64,000 nucleotides of DNA from Kofleriaceae bacterium (GTDB lineage Bacteria; Myxococcota_A; Polyangia; Haliangiales; Haliangiaceae), in NCBI GenBank assembly GCA_046597055.1, contig JBKJLC010000052.1:1-64000 (forward strand), read 5' to 3'. The position numbers and the translations under genes were made by a program. The notes beneath the pieces were generated by a model. The model saw only the letters and a program-made list of their open reading frames with translations, made no database searches and was not told the DNA's origin. Position 1 is the first letter of the stretch. Every line of letters begins with the position of its first letter. Of this stretch, positions 47,808 through 57,231 are shown in pieces.

Positions 47808-48242
47808 TCAGCCCAGCGTGGCGGTCAGCGAGATCTCGGCGCCCGCGAGCACCTTCGACACCGGGCAGTTCGCCTTGGCGTCGGCGGCGAGCTCCTGGAA
47901 CTTGGCGGCGTCGATCCCGGGCACGGTGGCGGTGCAGGTCAGGTGGATCGTCGGGATGCTCCAGCCGGCGTCGTTCTTGACCAGATCGAGGTTCGCCTCG
48001 GTCTTGATCTCGGTGGCCGGCGAGCCAGCGGCCGACAGCCGGAACGCGAGCGCCATGGAGAAGCAACCGGCGTGAGCCGCGGCGATCAGCTCCTCGGGGT
48101 TGGTGCCGGCCTTGCCGTCCTCGTTCTGAAACCGAAGCTTGGCAGCGTAGGGTTGGTTCGACAGGGCCCCCGACGGGGTGGTGAGTGTGCCGGTGCCCTC
48201 GGCCCCCGAGCCCTTCCAGACAGCAGTCGCGTTGCGCTTCAT
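47808..48242 (-). CDS. osmC: OsmC peroxiredoxin
   Basis: GTNPEELIAAAHAGCFSMAL, AKANCPVSK. Confidence 0.95.
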   Translation of the reverse strand: MKRNATAVWKGSGAEGTGTLTTPSGALSNQPYAAKLRFQNEDGKAGTNPEELIAAAHAGCFSMALAFRLSAAGSPATEIKTEANLDLVKNDAGWSIPTIHLTCTATVPGIDAAKFQELAADAKANCPVSKVLAGAEISLTATLG

Positions 48243-48315
48243 CGGATCCTCCTGGTGAGGGCAGCACCCTACCCCATCACCGCGGATGCGCACCGCCGCC
48301 CCCGGCGGATCCGGA

Positions 48316-48954
48316 TCACCGCTCGATCGGGAACGTCGCGTAGCTGGGCTCCTGCAGCGTCGGGCGCCCGCTGGCCACGAGCCACACCGACAGCGCGCTC
48401 AGCACGCCGCTGATCGCGACCGCCGCCAGCAGCCCGTCGCTTCGCTCGTCATCGGCGACGCCGTAGACGATGCCGGTGGTCACGAACGTCGGGATCGCGA
48501 CCAGGCCAAGCATGAAACCGCCCAGCGACCGGCCGATCCGGTGCTCCTGCCGGCCGAGGCTGGCGATCACGAGCTGGGGCTGCTCGGCCGACACCACCAC
48601 GATCTTGCCGACGCGGTTGGTGCCCGGCATCGTCAGGATGACCTCGTGCTCGCCGCGGGCCAGATCGACCGCGCACGGCGTCGTGCACAGGCGGCGGGTG
48701 GCGATCGCCGAGCCGGTGCCTACGCTGCCGCCGACCACGGCGACCGACGCCGACCGACCGGTGATGAGCTCGGCGGTCGCGGCGCCATCGGTCGCCTCGA
48801 TGACGACGCGCCCCGCGCCGGGCGCGGTCTCGTCGGCCGGGACCGCGATCGAAGGCGCGCGCCGGGTCGGCTGCGGCGGCGGCGGGAGGCGGAGGACACA
48901 TCCCCCGAGCGTGGATGCGACGAGCGCGGTGGCGACGAGCGACATCGTGGACAT
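48316..48954 (-). CDS. Hypothetical lipoprotein (PEGA-like CTTPC segment, two C-terminal hydrophobic helices)
   Basis: Lipobox LGGC; LCTTPCAVDL..G.H. Confidence 0.6.
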   Translation of the reverse strand: MSTMSLVATALVASTLGGCVLRLPPPPQPTRRAPSIAVPADETAPGAGRVVIEATDGAATAELITGRSASVAVVGGSVGTGSAIATRRLCTTPCAVDLARGEHEVILTMPGTNRVGKIVVVSAEQPQLVIASLGRQEHRIGRSLGGFMLGLVAIPTFVTTGIVYGVADDERSDGLLAAVAISGVLSALSVWLVASGRPTLQEPSYATFPIER

Positions 48955-49208
48955 TGCCGCACCATACGGATCGGCGACCGCGCTGCGTGCGCTCGATCGC
49001 GTGGTGCCGAACCATGCCAGCGGTCGCCACCGGCCGACCGCTCCCACCTCACCATCGTTCGCCACGGCGCCCGACCCCCGTCGGTCGCGCGCGCGCCGAT
49101 CGCGCGACGCGGCGCATCCGATCCGACATGACCCTCCAGACCAGCACAGGGCGGCAAGGATCGGCCGCGGCAACCAGCGCGCGGGCGCGTGCGCCATACT
49201 CGGCCCAC

Positions 49209-50153
49209 GTGGCCACTCCGCTCGTCCAGCTCCGCAACGTCACCAAGCGCTACTACGGCCAGAAGGTCCTGTCCGACGTCTCGTTCCACATCGAGGCCGG
49301 CGAGGTGTTCGGCTACATCGGCCCCAACGGCGCCGGCAAGACGACCACCCTCAAGATTCTTGCCGGCCTGATCACCAAGTACGACGGCCAGGTCCTGGTC
49401 GGCGGCGCCGACGTCGCCACCGAGCGCGACCGGGCCCACGCGATGATCGGCTTCCTGCCGCAGTCGTGCGGCTTCCAGAACTGGCGCACGGTCGAGTCGG
49501 CGCTCGACACGCTGGGGGCGCTCAGCGGGGTGCCGGCCGAGACCCGGGCCCGGCGGATCCCGGCGCTGCTCGAGCGCTTCGGCCTGCTCGCGGCCCGGAC
49601 CAAGAAGGTGAAGGAGCTGTCGGGCGGCATGGCCCAGAAGCTCGGCCTCATCCAGGCGTTGCTCCACGAGCCGCGCCTGCTGGTGCTCGACGAGCCGCTC
49701 GAGGGCCTCGATCCACCCGCGCGCCAGCTGCTGAAGGAGGTCATCCGCGAGGTCCAGCACGCCGGCACGACCGTCCTGTTCTCGTCGCACATCCTGTCCG
49801 ACGTCGAGCACGTCGCCGACCGGGTCGGCATCCTCAACCACGGCGAGGTCGCGACCACCGGCTCGATCCGCGAGCTCATGACGACCTTCGGCCTGCCGGT
49901 CGAGATCGACGTGTGGTTCTCGCAGCGGCCCGCCGACCTCGGCTTCCTGGCTGCGCCGGCCGGGAGCACCACTTCGCAACGCAAGCCGGATCAGTGGCGG
50001 GTGGTCCTGCCCACCGGCGCTGACCCCGACGAGATCATCCACATGATGGTCGAGCGCACCGTCGCCGGCGGCGGCCGGCTCCGCAAGATCGGCGTCGCCG
50101 AGCCCGCGCTCGACGATCTGTTCGCCCGCTACGTGCTGGGAGCCCGCTCGTGA
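49209..50153 (+). CDS. ABC transporter ATP-binding protein (ABC-2 exporter)
   Basis: GPNGAGKTT, LSGGM, LDEP, SSH; GTG start. Confidence 0.95.
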   Translation: MATPLVQLRNVTKRYYGQKVLSDVSFHIEAGEVFGYIGPNGAGKTTTLKILAGLITKYDGQVLVGGADVATERDRAHAMIGFLPQSCGFQNWRTVESALDTLGALSGVPAETRARRIPALLERFGLLAARTKKVKELSGGMAQKLGLIQALLHEPRLLVLDEPLEGLDPPARQLLKEVIREVQHAGTTVLFSSHILSDVEHVADRVGILNHGEVATTGSIRELMTTFGLPVEIDVWFSQRPADLGFLAAPAGSTTSQRKPDQWRVVLPTGADPDEIIHMMVERTVAGGGRLRKIGVAEPALDDLFARYVLGARS

Positions 50154-50848
50154 AGCCCCGTTCGCCCACCGCCCTGCTCGTGCGCGACGAGCTGATCGGG
50201 TTCGCGCGGTCGAAGGTGATGCTGGTCCTGTGGGTGATCCTGCCGATCCTGGCGATCGGCGGCTACTTCCTGCTCACCGGCCGCGCGCTCGAGAGCGCCG
50301 CCGACGGCCAGGCCGTGTCGGCGACCACGTTCATGAGCTTCCTCCTGTCGAGCCTGTCCGGCACGATCGCGGCGCTGATGGTCGCGGTCGACATCGTCAG
50401 CGAGCGGCAGCGCAAGGTCTACGAGCTGTTCGTCATCCGGCCGATCCGACGCGAGGCGATCATCTGGGCCAAGTTCATCGCGGTGTTCGCCTGCGTGGCG
50501 GTGGCGTGCGTGGTCTCGCTGTCCCTCGGCATCGGGGTCGACGCCATCCGTGGCGCGCCCCCGACCCCGGCCGCGGCACGCGAGCTGGGCCGGTCGCTCG
50601 TCTCGCTGATCGGCGTGATCTCGCTGTCGGCCGCGGTCGGGGTCCTGGTCGGCGTGCTCGCGCGCAGCATCCTGGTCGCGGTCATCCTGATCCTCTACGT
50701 CGGCCAGAACCTCACCATCATCCCGATGCTGCCGATGTACCTCGGGGTCCTACCCGACCACTTCTGGCTGCTCATGCTCATCACCTACGCGCTGGTCGGA
50801 GCGCTGCTCTGGATCGCGACGACGATGTTCCGGCGCGCTGAATTCTGA
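50150..50848 (+). CDS. ABC-2 type permease
   Basis: About six TMs, ER....ELF..RPI.R..I..AKF; GTGA overlap with the ATPase. Confidence 0.88.
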   Translation: MKPRSPTALLVRDELIGFARSKVMLVLWVILPILAIGGYFLLTGRALESAADGQAVSATTFMSFLLSSLSGTIAALMVAVDIVSERQRKVYELFVIRPIRREAIIWAKFIAVFACVAVACVVSLSLGIGVDAIRGAPPTPAAARELGRSLVSLIGVISLSAAVGVLVGVLARSILVAVILILYVGQNLTIIPMLPMYLGVLPDHFWLLMLITYALVGALLWIATTMFRRAEF

Positions 50849-50933
50849 GCGGCACGCGCGCGCCGGTCGTCAGCGCTGACGCACGCGAACGTCGACGCGG
50901 CGGCAGGTGCTCGTGACGGCGCGCGGCAACGCG

Positions 50934-50949
50934 TGGCACGCCGGTCGCA
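50934..50949 (+). promoter_or_regulatory. sigma54 (-24/-12) promoter
   Basis: TGGCACGCCGGTCGCA (GG-N10-GC) 15 nt upstream of the CAP gene start. Confidence 0.65.
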
Positions 50950-50964
50950 CTCGTCCACGACCAG

Positions 50965-51555
50965 ATGCCTGAATCGATCGACGTTCGCGCGCATGTCCTC
51001 CTCGTGACGCTGCCCGCCCTGATGTCGGTGCTGTTCGCCGGCTGCGCACCCGACGACGATGCCACCGGCCAGGACGACACTGCCCTCCTCGGCGCCAGCG
51101 CAGACCAGAGCCTGTGCGACGCCATCAACGCCTACCGGGTCGATCGCGGCTTGCCCGCGATCCCGAGCGCGCCGGCGTTGATGGCGGTGGCCCGCGCCCA
51201 CGTCGAGGATCTGAACCGAGACCAGCGCGACCAGGGCTGCAACCTGCACAGCTGGACCGACGACCCGCGCTGGAGCGGCTGCTGCTACACGCCCGACCAC
51301 GCCCGCGCGTCGTGCATGTGGGACAAGCCTGCCGAGATCGCCGGCTACGACGGGCCCGGGTTCGAGGTCGCGGTCGGTAGCAACCGCATCATGGACGCGA
51401 CCACCGCGGTCGGGCTGTGGCACGACAGTGACCACCACCGGGTCGTGATCGCCAACGAGGCGAACTGGGCCAACAAGACCTGGCGCGGTCTGGGCTGCGC
51501 GATCCAGGACGGCTACGCGGTGGCCTGGGTCGGCGAGCTCGCTGACGCCCCGTGA
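50965..51555 (+). CDS. CAP/SCP domain lipoprotein
   Basis: Lipobox FAGC; IN.YR...GLP.I...L..VA..H, W..S..H..VI.N, W..LG. Confidence 0.85.
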   Translation: MPESIDVRAHVLLVTLPALMSVLFAGCAPDDDATGQDDTALLGASADQSLCDAINAYRVDRGLPAIPSAPALMAVARAHVEDLNRDQRDQGCNLHSWTDDPRWSGCCYTPDHARASCMWDKPAEIAGYDGPGFEVAVGSNRIMDATTAVGLWHDSDHHRVVIANEANWANKTWRGLGCAIQDGYAVAWVGELADAP

Positions 51556-51569
51556 CTTCATCGGGTGGT

Positions 51570-51601
51570 GAAGCACCCAGGGTCTCGAAGCACCCAGGGT
51601 C
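51570..51601. repeat. 15-bp direct repeat between convergent stops
   Basis: GAAGCACCCAGGGTC at 51570-51584 and 51587-51601. Confidence 0.85.
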
Positions 51602-52433
51602 AGACCGGGGGCGTCTCCAGGCTGATCCGTCCGATCACACCCGACCGAAACTCGTGCACGAGAATCTCCGAGGCCTTGTGCAGGTCGATGGTGCCGCCGC
51701 TGCGCAGCCCGCCGCGCCGGCGACCGATCTCGGTGAGCAGCGCCTCGGCGGTGGCCGGGACCTCGGGTAGCTTGAAGCGCGCCAGCGCCAGCGCCGGGTA
51801 GCGCTCGAGCAGGAGCTGGGCCCCGAACAACGCGATGGTCAGGTAGTCGATCGCGGTGTCGGGGATCGACCCGGCCAGCGCGAGCCGGAACGCGCCGGCC
51901 TCGTCGTCGATCTTCGGCCACATCAGGCCGGGGGTGTCGGTCAGGATCGTGCCGCTCTTGAGCGCCACCCGCTGCTGCTGCTTGGTCACCGCCGGCTTGT
52001 CGCTGACCTTGGCGACCTGACGCTCCATCAGCGTGTTGATGAGCGTCGACTTGCCGACGTTGGGCACGCCGGCGATCAGGGCGCGCACCGGCCGATCGGG
52101 CCCGCGGGCATGGACGCCGAGCTCGCCGCACAGGTCGACGATCTTCTTGCGGGTCTCCTGCGGGCGCTCGGTGGTCGCGGCGAACACGGCCACCTTGCCG
52201 TCCTGGTACAGGTAGTCGAGCCAGGCCCGGGTCACCGCCGGATCGGCCAGATCGCTCTTGGTCAGGACCTTGATGCAGGGCGTGTCGTGCCGGAGCTCGG
52301 TCACGATCGGGTTGGAGCTCGCCAGCGGCAGCCGTGCGTCGAGCACCTCGATGATCACGTCTTGCGACGGCATCAGCTTGGCCAGCTCGCGCCGAGCCTT
52401 GGTCATGTGGCCCGGGTACCACTGGAGCGACAT
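51600..52433 (-). CDS. rbgA: Ribosome biogenesis GTPase RbgA/YlqF
   Basis: QWYPGHMTKA, DARLP..S.NP, TKSDL, GVPNVGKS, DTPG. Confidence 0.95.
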   Translation of the reverse strand: MSLQWYPGHMTKARRELAKLMPSQDVIIEVLDARLPLASSNPIVTELRHDTPCIKVLTKSDLADPAVTRAWLDYLYQDGKVAVFAATTERPQETRKKIVDLCGELGVHARGPDRPVRALIAGVPNVGKSTLINTLMERQVAKVSDKPAVTKQQQRVALKSGTILTDTPGLMWPKIDDEAGAFRLALAGSIPDTAIDYLTIALFGAQLLLERYPALALARFKLPEVPATAEALLTEIGRRRGGLRSGGTIDLHKASEILVHEFRSGVIGRISLETPPV

Positions 52434-52473
52434 CTGCCTTGTTCTACACCCGCACCCGGGCGAAGGTGCGGCG

Positions 52474-52947
52474 ATGGCGCACGCGGTCGACGACGAGATC
52501 ATGGAGCCGACGCACTGGCGGAAGAACGGCTGGAACGCCAAGGTCGTGCGGAACGAGGACGACGACGGCTGGGCGGTCGAGATCACCCGGCTCGGCGACC
52601 CCGAGCCGGCCCTGATCGGCCACTGGACCATGGGCCGCGACAAGAAGAACCCCAAGCCGCTCGACGAGGGCGGGTTCGCGACGCTGGTGAAGACCGCGAC
52701 CGAGGTGCTCAAGCGCCACGAGCAGGCCGCGCGCGAGCGCCTGCACAAGTCGATGGCGTTCACCACCGACGCCGGCCAGCGCCTGCGGGTCGAGCTCGAC
52801 ATCCAGCCCGACGACGACGATCCCCACGCGATCCTGGCCGTGCACGACGACACCACCGACGAGCTGCTCCGCAGCGGCCGGGTCAGCCCCGCGTTCAAGC
52901 TGAACGCGACCACCGTGCAGCGGTTCGTCAAGTCCGGCGAGGGCTGA
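52474..52947 (+). CDS. Conserved hypothetical protein
   Basis: Protein-like composition with strong host codon bias; W...V+.NEDDDGWAVE, WTMGRDKKNPKPLD motifs. Confidence 0.75.
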   Translation: MAHAVDDEIMEPTHWRKNGWNAKVVRNEDDDGWAVEITRLGDPEPALIGHWTMGRDKKNPKPLDEGGFATLVKTATEVLKRHEQAARERLHKSMAFTTDAGQRLRVELDIQPDDDDPHAILAVHDDTTDELLRSGRVSPAFKLNATTVQRFVKSGEG

Positions 52948-53006
52948 GCCGCGGCCGGCCGGCGCGCGCCGGCGTCGGCGACGTCCTTGCGGTATCGTCC
53001 GCCCCG

Positions 53007-54584
53007 ATGGAGCTCACCCGGCGGTCTCTTCTCCTCGGCTCGTCGGCCGGCGCCGCGCTGGTGCTGGCCTCGCCCGTGCTGACCCGGCTCGCCAGCGCCC
53101 GCGGCCTGCTCACCGAACGCACCCTCGACCAGGTCGTGAAGGCCGGGCTCGACGCGGCCAAGAAGGCAGGCGCGACCTACGCCGACGTGCGGATCGTGCG
53201 CCGCCGGTGGGAGTCGATCGCGGCCCGCGAGAACCACATCAGCGACGTCTCGGCGCGCGACAGCTATGGCGTCGGCGTGCGCGTGATCGCCGGCGGGGCC
53301 TGGGGCTTCTCGGCGACCGCGAAGGTCACCCCGGCCGACGCCGCGCGGGTCGCCAGGGTCGCGGTCGAGATCGCCAAGGCCAACGCCAAGGTCGTGAAGC
53401 GCCCGGTCACGCTGGCCCCCGAGCCGGTTCACGTTGACGTCTGGCAGACCCCGCTCACCCGCGACCCGTTCAAGATCCCGCTCGAGGACAAGGCCGAGCT
53501 GCTGCTCGCCATCAACGCGGCCGCCATGAAGGTGAGCGGCGTGAAGTTCGTGCGGTCGGGCGTCGACGCCTCGTCGGAGTGGAAGCTGTTCGCGTCGAGC
53601 GAGGGTGCCTACCTCGAGCAGGAGATCGTGCGGATCGATCCGGGCTACGCCGCGACCGCGGTCGACTCCAGCAAGGGCGAGTTCGCCTCGCGCGCGCACG
53701 AGATCCAGCCGATGCAGGCCGGCTGGGAGTACGTCGCCGACTCCACCATGCTGGCCGACGCCCCGCGGATCGCCGAGGAGGCGGTCGAGAAGCTCAAGGC
53801 CGCGCCGGTGGTGCCCGGCAAGAAGGACCTGGTCCTGGTGCCGTCGCACCTGTGGCTCACGATCCACGAGTCGATCGGCCACCCGACCGAGCTCGATCGC
53901 GCGCTCGGCTACGAGGCAAACTTCGCCGGCACCTCGTTCGCCACCGTCGACAAGCTGGGCAAGCTCGCCTTCGCGGCGCCCCACATCAACGTCTACGCCG
54001 ACAAGACCAAGCCGGGGGGCCTGGCCACCTGCGGCTACGACGACGACGGGGTCGCGACCCAGAAGTGGGACATCATCAAGGATGGCCGGTTCGTCGGCTA
54101 CCAGACCACCCGTGAGCAGGCCGGCTGGATCGGCGAGCAGCGCTCGCGCGGCACCTGCTATGGCGAGGACTTCGCGTCGTTCCCGTTCCAGCGCATGCCC
54201 AACGTGTCGCTGGCCCCCGGCGCCAAGGACCTGGCGCTCGGCGATCTGATCAGCGCCACCGACGACGGCGTACTGATCGCGGGCGCCGGCTCGTGGTCGA
54301 TCGATCACCAGCGCTACAACTTCCAGTTCGGCGGCCAGACCTTCCACGAGATCAAGAAGGGCAAGGTGACCCGGATGCTGCGCGACGTCGCCTACCAGTC
54401 CAACACGCTCAAGTTCTGGCACGCGTGCGACCTGCTCGGTGGCCCGCGCAGCTGGCGATGGGGCGGCGCGATGCACGACGGCAAGGGCGAGCCGAGCCAG
54501 TCGAACGCGGTCAGCCACGGCTGCGTCCCGGCGCGCTTCCGCAAGATCGACGTGCTCAACACCGACACCCGGAGCAAGCCGTGA
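53007..54584 (+). CDS. tldD: TldD metalloprotease with twin-arginine signal
   Basis: TRRSLL signal; YADVR, HESIGH Zn motif, YDDDGV, RMPN. Confidence 0.92.
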   Translation: MELTRRSLLLGSSAGAALVLASPVLTRLASARGLLTERTLDQVVKAGLDAAKKAGATYADVRIVRRRWESIAARENHISDVSARDSYGVGVRVIAGGAWGFSATAKVTPADAARVARVAVEIAKANAKVVKRPVTLAPEPVHVDVWQTPLTRDPFKIPLEDKAELLLAINAAAMKVSGVKFVRSGVDASSEWKLFASSEGAYLEQEIVRIDPGYAATAVDSSKGEFASRAHEIQPMQAGWEYVADSTMLADAPRIAEEAVEKLKAAPVVPGKKDLVLVPSHLWLTIHESIGHPTELDRALGYEANFAGTSFATVDKLGKLAFAAPHINVYADKTKPGGLATCGYDDDGVATQKWDIIKDGRFVGYQTTREQAGWIGEQRSRGTCYGEDFASFPFQRMPNVSLAPGAKDLALGDLISATDDGVLIAGAGSWSIDHQRYNFQFGGQTFHEIKKGKVTRMLRDVAYQSNTLKFWHACDLLGGPRSWRWGGAMHDGKGEPSQSNAVSHGCVPARFRKIDVLNTDTRSKP

Positions 54585-55915
54585 TGGACGCCAGGGCCGC
54601 CAGGAAGCAGCTCGACAAGATCCTCGCGCTGGCGAGGTCGCTGGCGAAGGGCGCCGAGGTCCACGCAGCGCTGACCGACACCCGCGACGCCAACACCCGC
54701 TTCGCGCGCAGCGAGCTGACCTCCAACGGCGACGTCGAGCAGACCCGGCTCGAGCTCCGCCTGGCGTTCGGCCAGCGTCAGGCCTCGATCTCGACCAACC
54801 AGCTCGACGAGCCATCGCTGCGCGCAGCGATCGAGCGGGTGGCCCGGATGGCCCGGCTCGCCCCCGAGGATCCCGAGCGCCAGCCGGTGCTGGGCGCCCA
54901 GAAGTACGTGGCCGTGAAGGCCGGGTTCGACAGGCCGACCGCCGCGCTGGGCGCCCCGGCGCGCGCGACCGCGGCGTCGGCCGCGATCAAGGCCGGCTAC
55001 ACCGACGCGCTCGAGGTCGCCGGCTTCTACCAGCACACCGCCGGCAGCGTCAGCGTCGCCACCAGCGCCGGCCTGTTCGCGCACCACGCCAGCACCGCCG
55101 CGTCGTTCTCCACCACCTGCCGCACCGCCGACGCCAGCGGCTCGGGCTGGGCCGGCGCGTGGTCGACCAAGGCCAGCACGATCGACGCCGCCGCGATCGC
55201 CCGGATCGCCGCCGACAAGGCTCGGCGCTCGGCCAAGGCGCGCTCGCTGGCGCCTGGCAAGTACACGGTCGTGCTCGAGCCGGCCGCGGTCGGCGAGCTG
55301 CTCGGCTTCCTCACCAGCAGCATGGACCGTCGCTCGGCCGACGAGGGCCGCTCGTACTTCAGCAAGGCTGGCGGCGGCACCCGGCTCGGCGAGAAGATCC
55401 TCACCGACCCGATCACGCTGACGTCGGACCCGGCCGATCCGGACCTACCGACCGCCCCGTTCACCGACGAGGGGCTGCCGCTGACGCGCGCCGCGTGGAT
55501 CGATCGGGGCGTGGTCCGCAACCTCGCGTGCAGCCGGTTCTGGGCCAGGCAGCAGAAGCTCACGCCGCTCGGTCAGCCCGCGGCCTGGCGCCTGGGCGGC
55601 GGCGACGCCGGCTCGGTCGACGACCTGCTGGTCGGCGTGAAGCGCGGCGTCCTCATCACGCGGTTCTGGTACACGCGCTGGGTCGATCCGCGCACGCTGC
55701 TGGTCACCGGGCTCACCCGCGACGGCGTCTTCCTGATCGAGGACGGCAAGGTCACCGCGCCGGTGAACAACTTCCGGTTCAACGAGTCGCCGCTCGTCAT
55801 GCTCGGCAAGGCCGACGCGCTCACCCGCCAGACCTGGCAGATGGCAGACGGCATGCTGGTCCCGGCGCTGCGCACCCGCGACTTCAACCTGGCCTCGGTC
55901 TCCGACGCGGTGTGA
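54584..55915 (+). CDS. TldE/PmbA family partner subunit
   Basis: TRFA, PGKYTVVLEPAAV, PF..EG, TGLTRDG.F.IE.G; lacks HExxH; 1-nt overlap with tldD. Confidence 0.9.
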   Translation: MDARAARKQLDKILALARSLAKGAEVHAALTDTRDANTRFARSELTSNGDVEQTRLELRLAFGQRQASISTNQLDEPSLRAAIERVARMARLAPEDPERQPVLGAQKYVAVKAGFDRPTAALGAPARATAASAAIKAGYTDALEVAGFYQHTAGSVSVATSAGLFAHHASTAASFSTTCRTADASGSGWAGAWSTKASTIDAAAIARIAADKARRSAKARSLAPGKYTVVLEPAAVGELLGFLTSSMDRRSADEGRSYFSKAGGGTRLGEKILTDPITLTSDPADPDLPTAPFTDEGLPLTRAAWIDRGVVRNLACSRFWARQQKLTPLGQPAAWRLGGGDAGSVDDLLVGVKRGVLITRFWYTRWVDPRTLLVTGLTRDGVFLIEDGKVTAPVNNFRFNESPLVMLGKADALTRQTWQMADGMLVPALRTRDFNLASVSDAV

Positions 55916-55965
55916 GCCGGCCGGGAGCCCGCACGCGACGCGCGTGAGCGAGCCGGGGCCGGGGC

Positions 55966-57033
55966 CTACTTGGCCGGCGCGGGCGCGGCGGGCGCGGCCG
56001 GCGCGGCCGGCGCGGCGACCTTCTCGAACCGCAGCGTCATGCGATCGCTCTCGCCGATCGCGACGTACTTCGCCTTGTCGGTCTCCTTCTCGGCGAAGTT
56101 GGGCGGCAGGGTCCAGACGCCCTTCGGATAGTCCTTGGTGTCCTTCGGGTTGGCGTTCACCTCGGACTTCTCCACCAGCTTGAAGCCGGCGGCCTCGACC
56201 TGCTCGATCACCCACGCCTCGGCCAGGTAACCCGAGGCCGCGGTCTTGTCGCCGGTGGTGCCGGCGATCGCGCGGTGCGCCACCACGCCGAACGTGCCGC
56301 CGTCCTTCAGCACGTGATGGACCGCGGTCAGGTACTTGCTCATCACGCCGTCATCCTGCCAGTTGTGCATCTCGCGGATGGCGACCACCAGGTCGGCGCT
56401 GCCCGGCGCGCCCAGCTGGAGCGCGTCCATCGAGCCGATCTTGGCGCGCTCGATCTTGCCGTACAGCTCCGGCGACCGGGTCAGGAACAGATCGAGCCGC
56501 CGCCCGTAGACGGTGGACATCTTGTCGGCGGGCCCGACCGCGTCGGGGCCGGCCACGATCAGCTTGCCCTTGTTGGCGAGCAGCGGCGCGAGGAGCTCGG
56601 TGTACCAGCCACCGCCGGCGCCGAGCTCGACCACGGTCATGGTCGGCTTGATCCCGAAGAACGTCAGCGTCTCGACCGGGTGGCGCGCGGCGTCGCGATC
56701 GCTGTAGCCAGGAGTCCGGTGCGGGCTGGCCAGGATCGCCGTCAGCGCGGCCTTGGCGTCGGGGTAGGCGGCATCGCGGATGGTGACCGCCTGCTTGACC
56801 AGCTCGGGGGTGAAGCGCTGGGCCTCCGTGGCGGCCGCCTCCTCGGCCTTCTTCATGCCGGCCGCGACCCGCTCGGCATCGGTCGGGCCGGCGTCGACCA
56901 CCGGCCCGGCGGCATCGGCCGGGGTGGTCGGCACCGCGACCACGGTGGGGTCGGCCTTGGGCTCCGCTTCCTTCTTCTTGCAGGCGCCGCCAGCGAGGAG
57001 CAGCGACGCGATCACGACGGATGACATCTTCAT
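55966..57033 (-). CDS. Class I SAM-dependent methyltransferase-like lipoprotein
   Basis: Lipobox GGAC; RD..RHP.ETL.FFG, VVELGAGGGWYT, N.NPKD...P.GVWTLPP, IGESDRMTL.F. Confidence 0.85.
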   Translation of the reverse strand: MKMSSVVIASLLLAGGACKKKEAEPKADPTVVAVPTTPADAAGPVVDAGPTDAERVAAGMKKAEEAAATEAQRFTPELVKQAVTIRDAAYPDAKAALTAILASPHRTPGYSDRDAARHPVETLTFFGIKPTMTVVELGAGGGWYTELLAPLLANKGKLIVAGPDAVGPADKMSTVYGRRLDLFLTRSPELYGKIERAKIGSMDALQLGAPGSADLVVAIREMHNWQDDGVMSKYLTAVHHVLKDGGTFGVVAHRAIAGTTGDKTAASGYLAEAWVIEQVEAAGFKLVEKSEVNANPKDTKDYPKGVWTLPPNFAEKETDKAKYVAIGESDRMTLRFEKVAAPAAPAAPAAPAPAK

Positions 57034-57231
57034 GAGGCGCGCAATCTAGCGCGGCCCGGGCGTCGGGGCCCGCTATCCAGGGGCCGGATGATCCCGCCAT
57101 GTTGCGCTTCCGCGAGCACCAAGCGCCAGGGCGCGTCGCTCGCCAACGCGTTGCCCGCGGCCGAGCCGGTCGCGGCGCTGGCCAACGAGACCGCGCGCGC
57201 CCGGGCGTGACCGCTCCCGACCCGACCCGGC

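Noticed and set aside
47808..48242. OsmC as a selenoprotein, given selC in the window
   Set aside because: Both catalytic positions are TGC (Cys); no convincing in-frame UGA readthrough candidate was noticed in the window by eye
51600..54815. 1071-aa ORF suggesting a giant RbgA fusion
   Set aside because: RbgA starts at MSLQWYPGHM (52433); the upstream part is antisense to tldD
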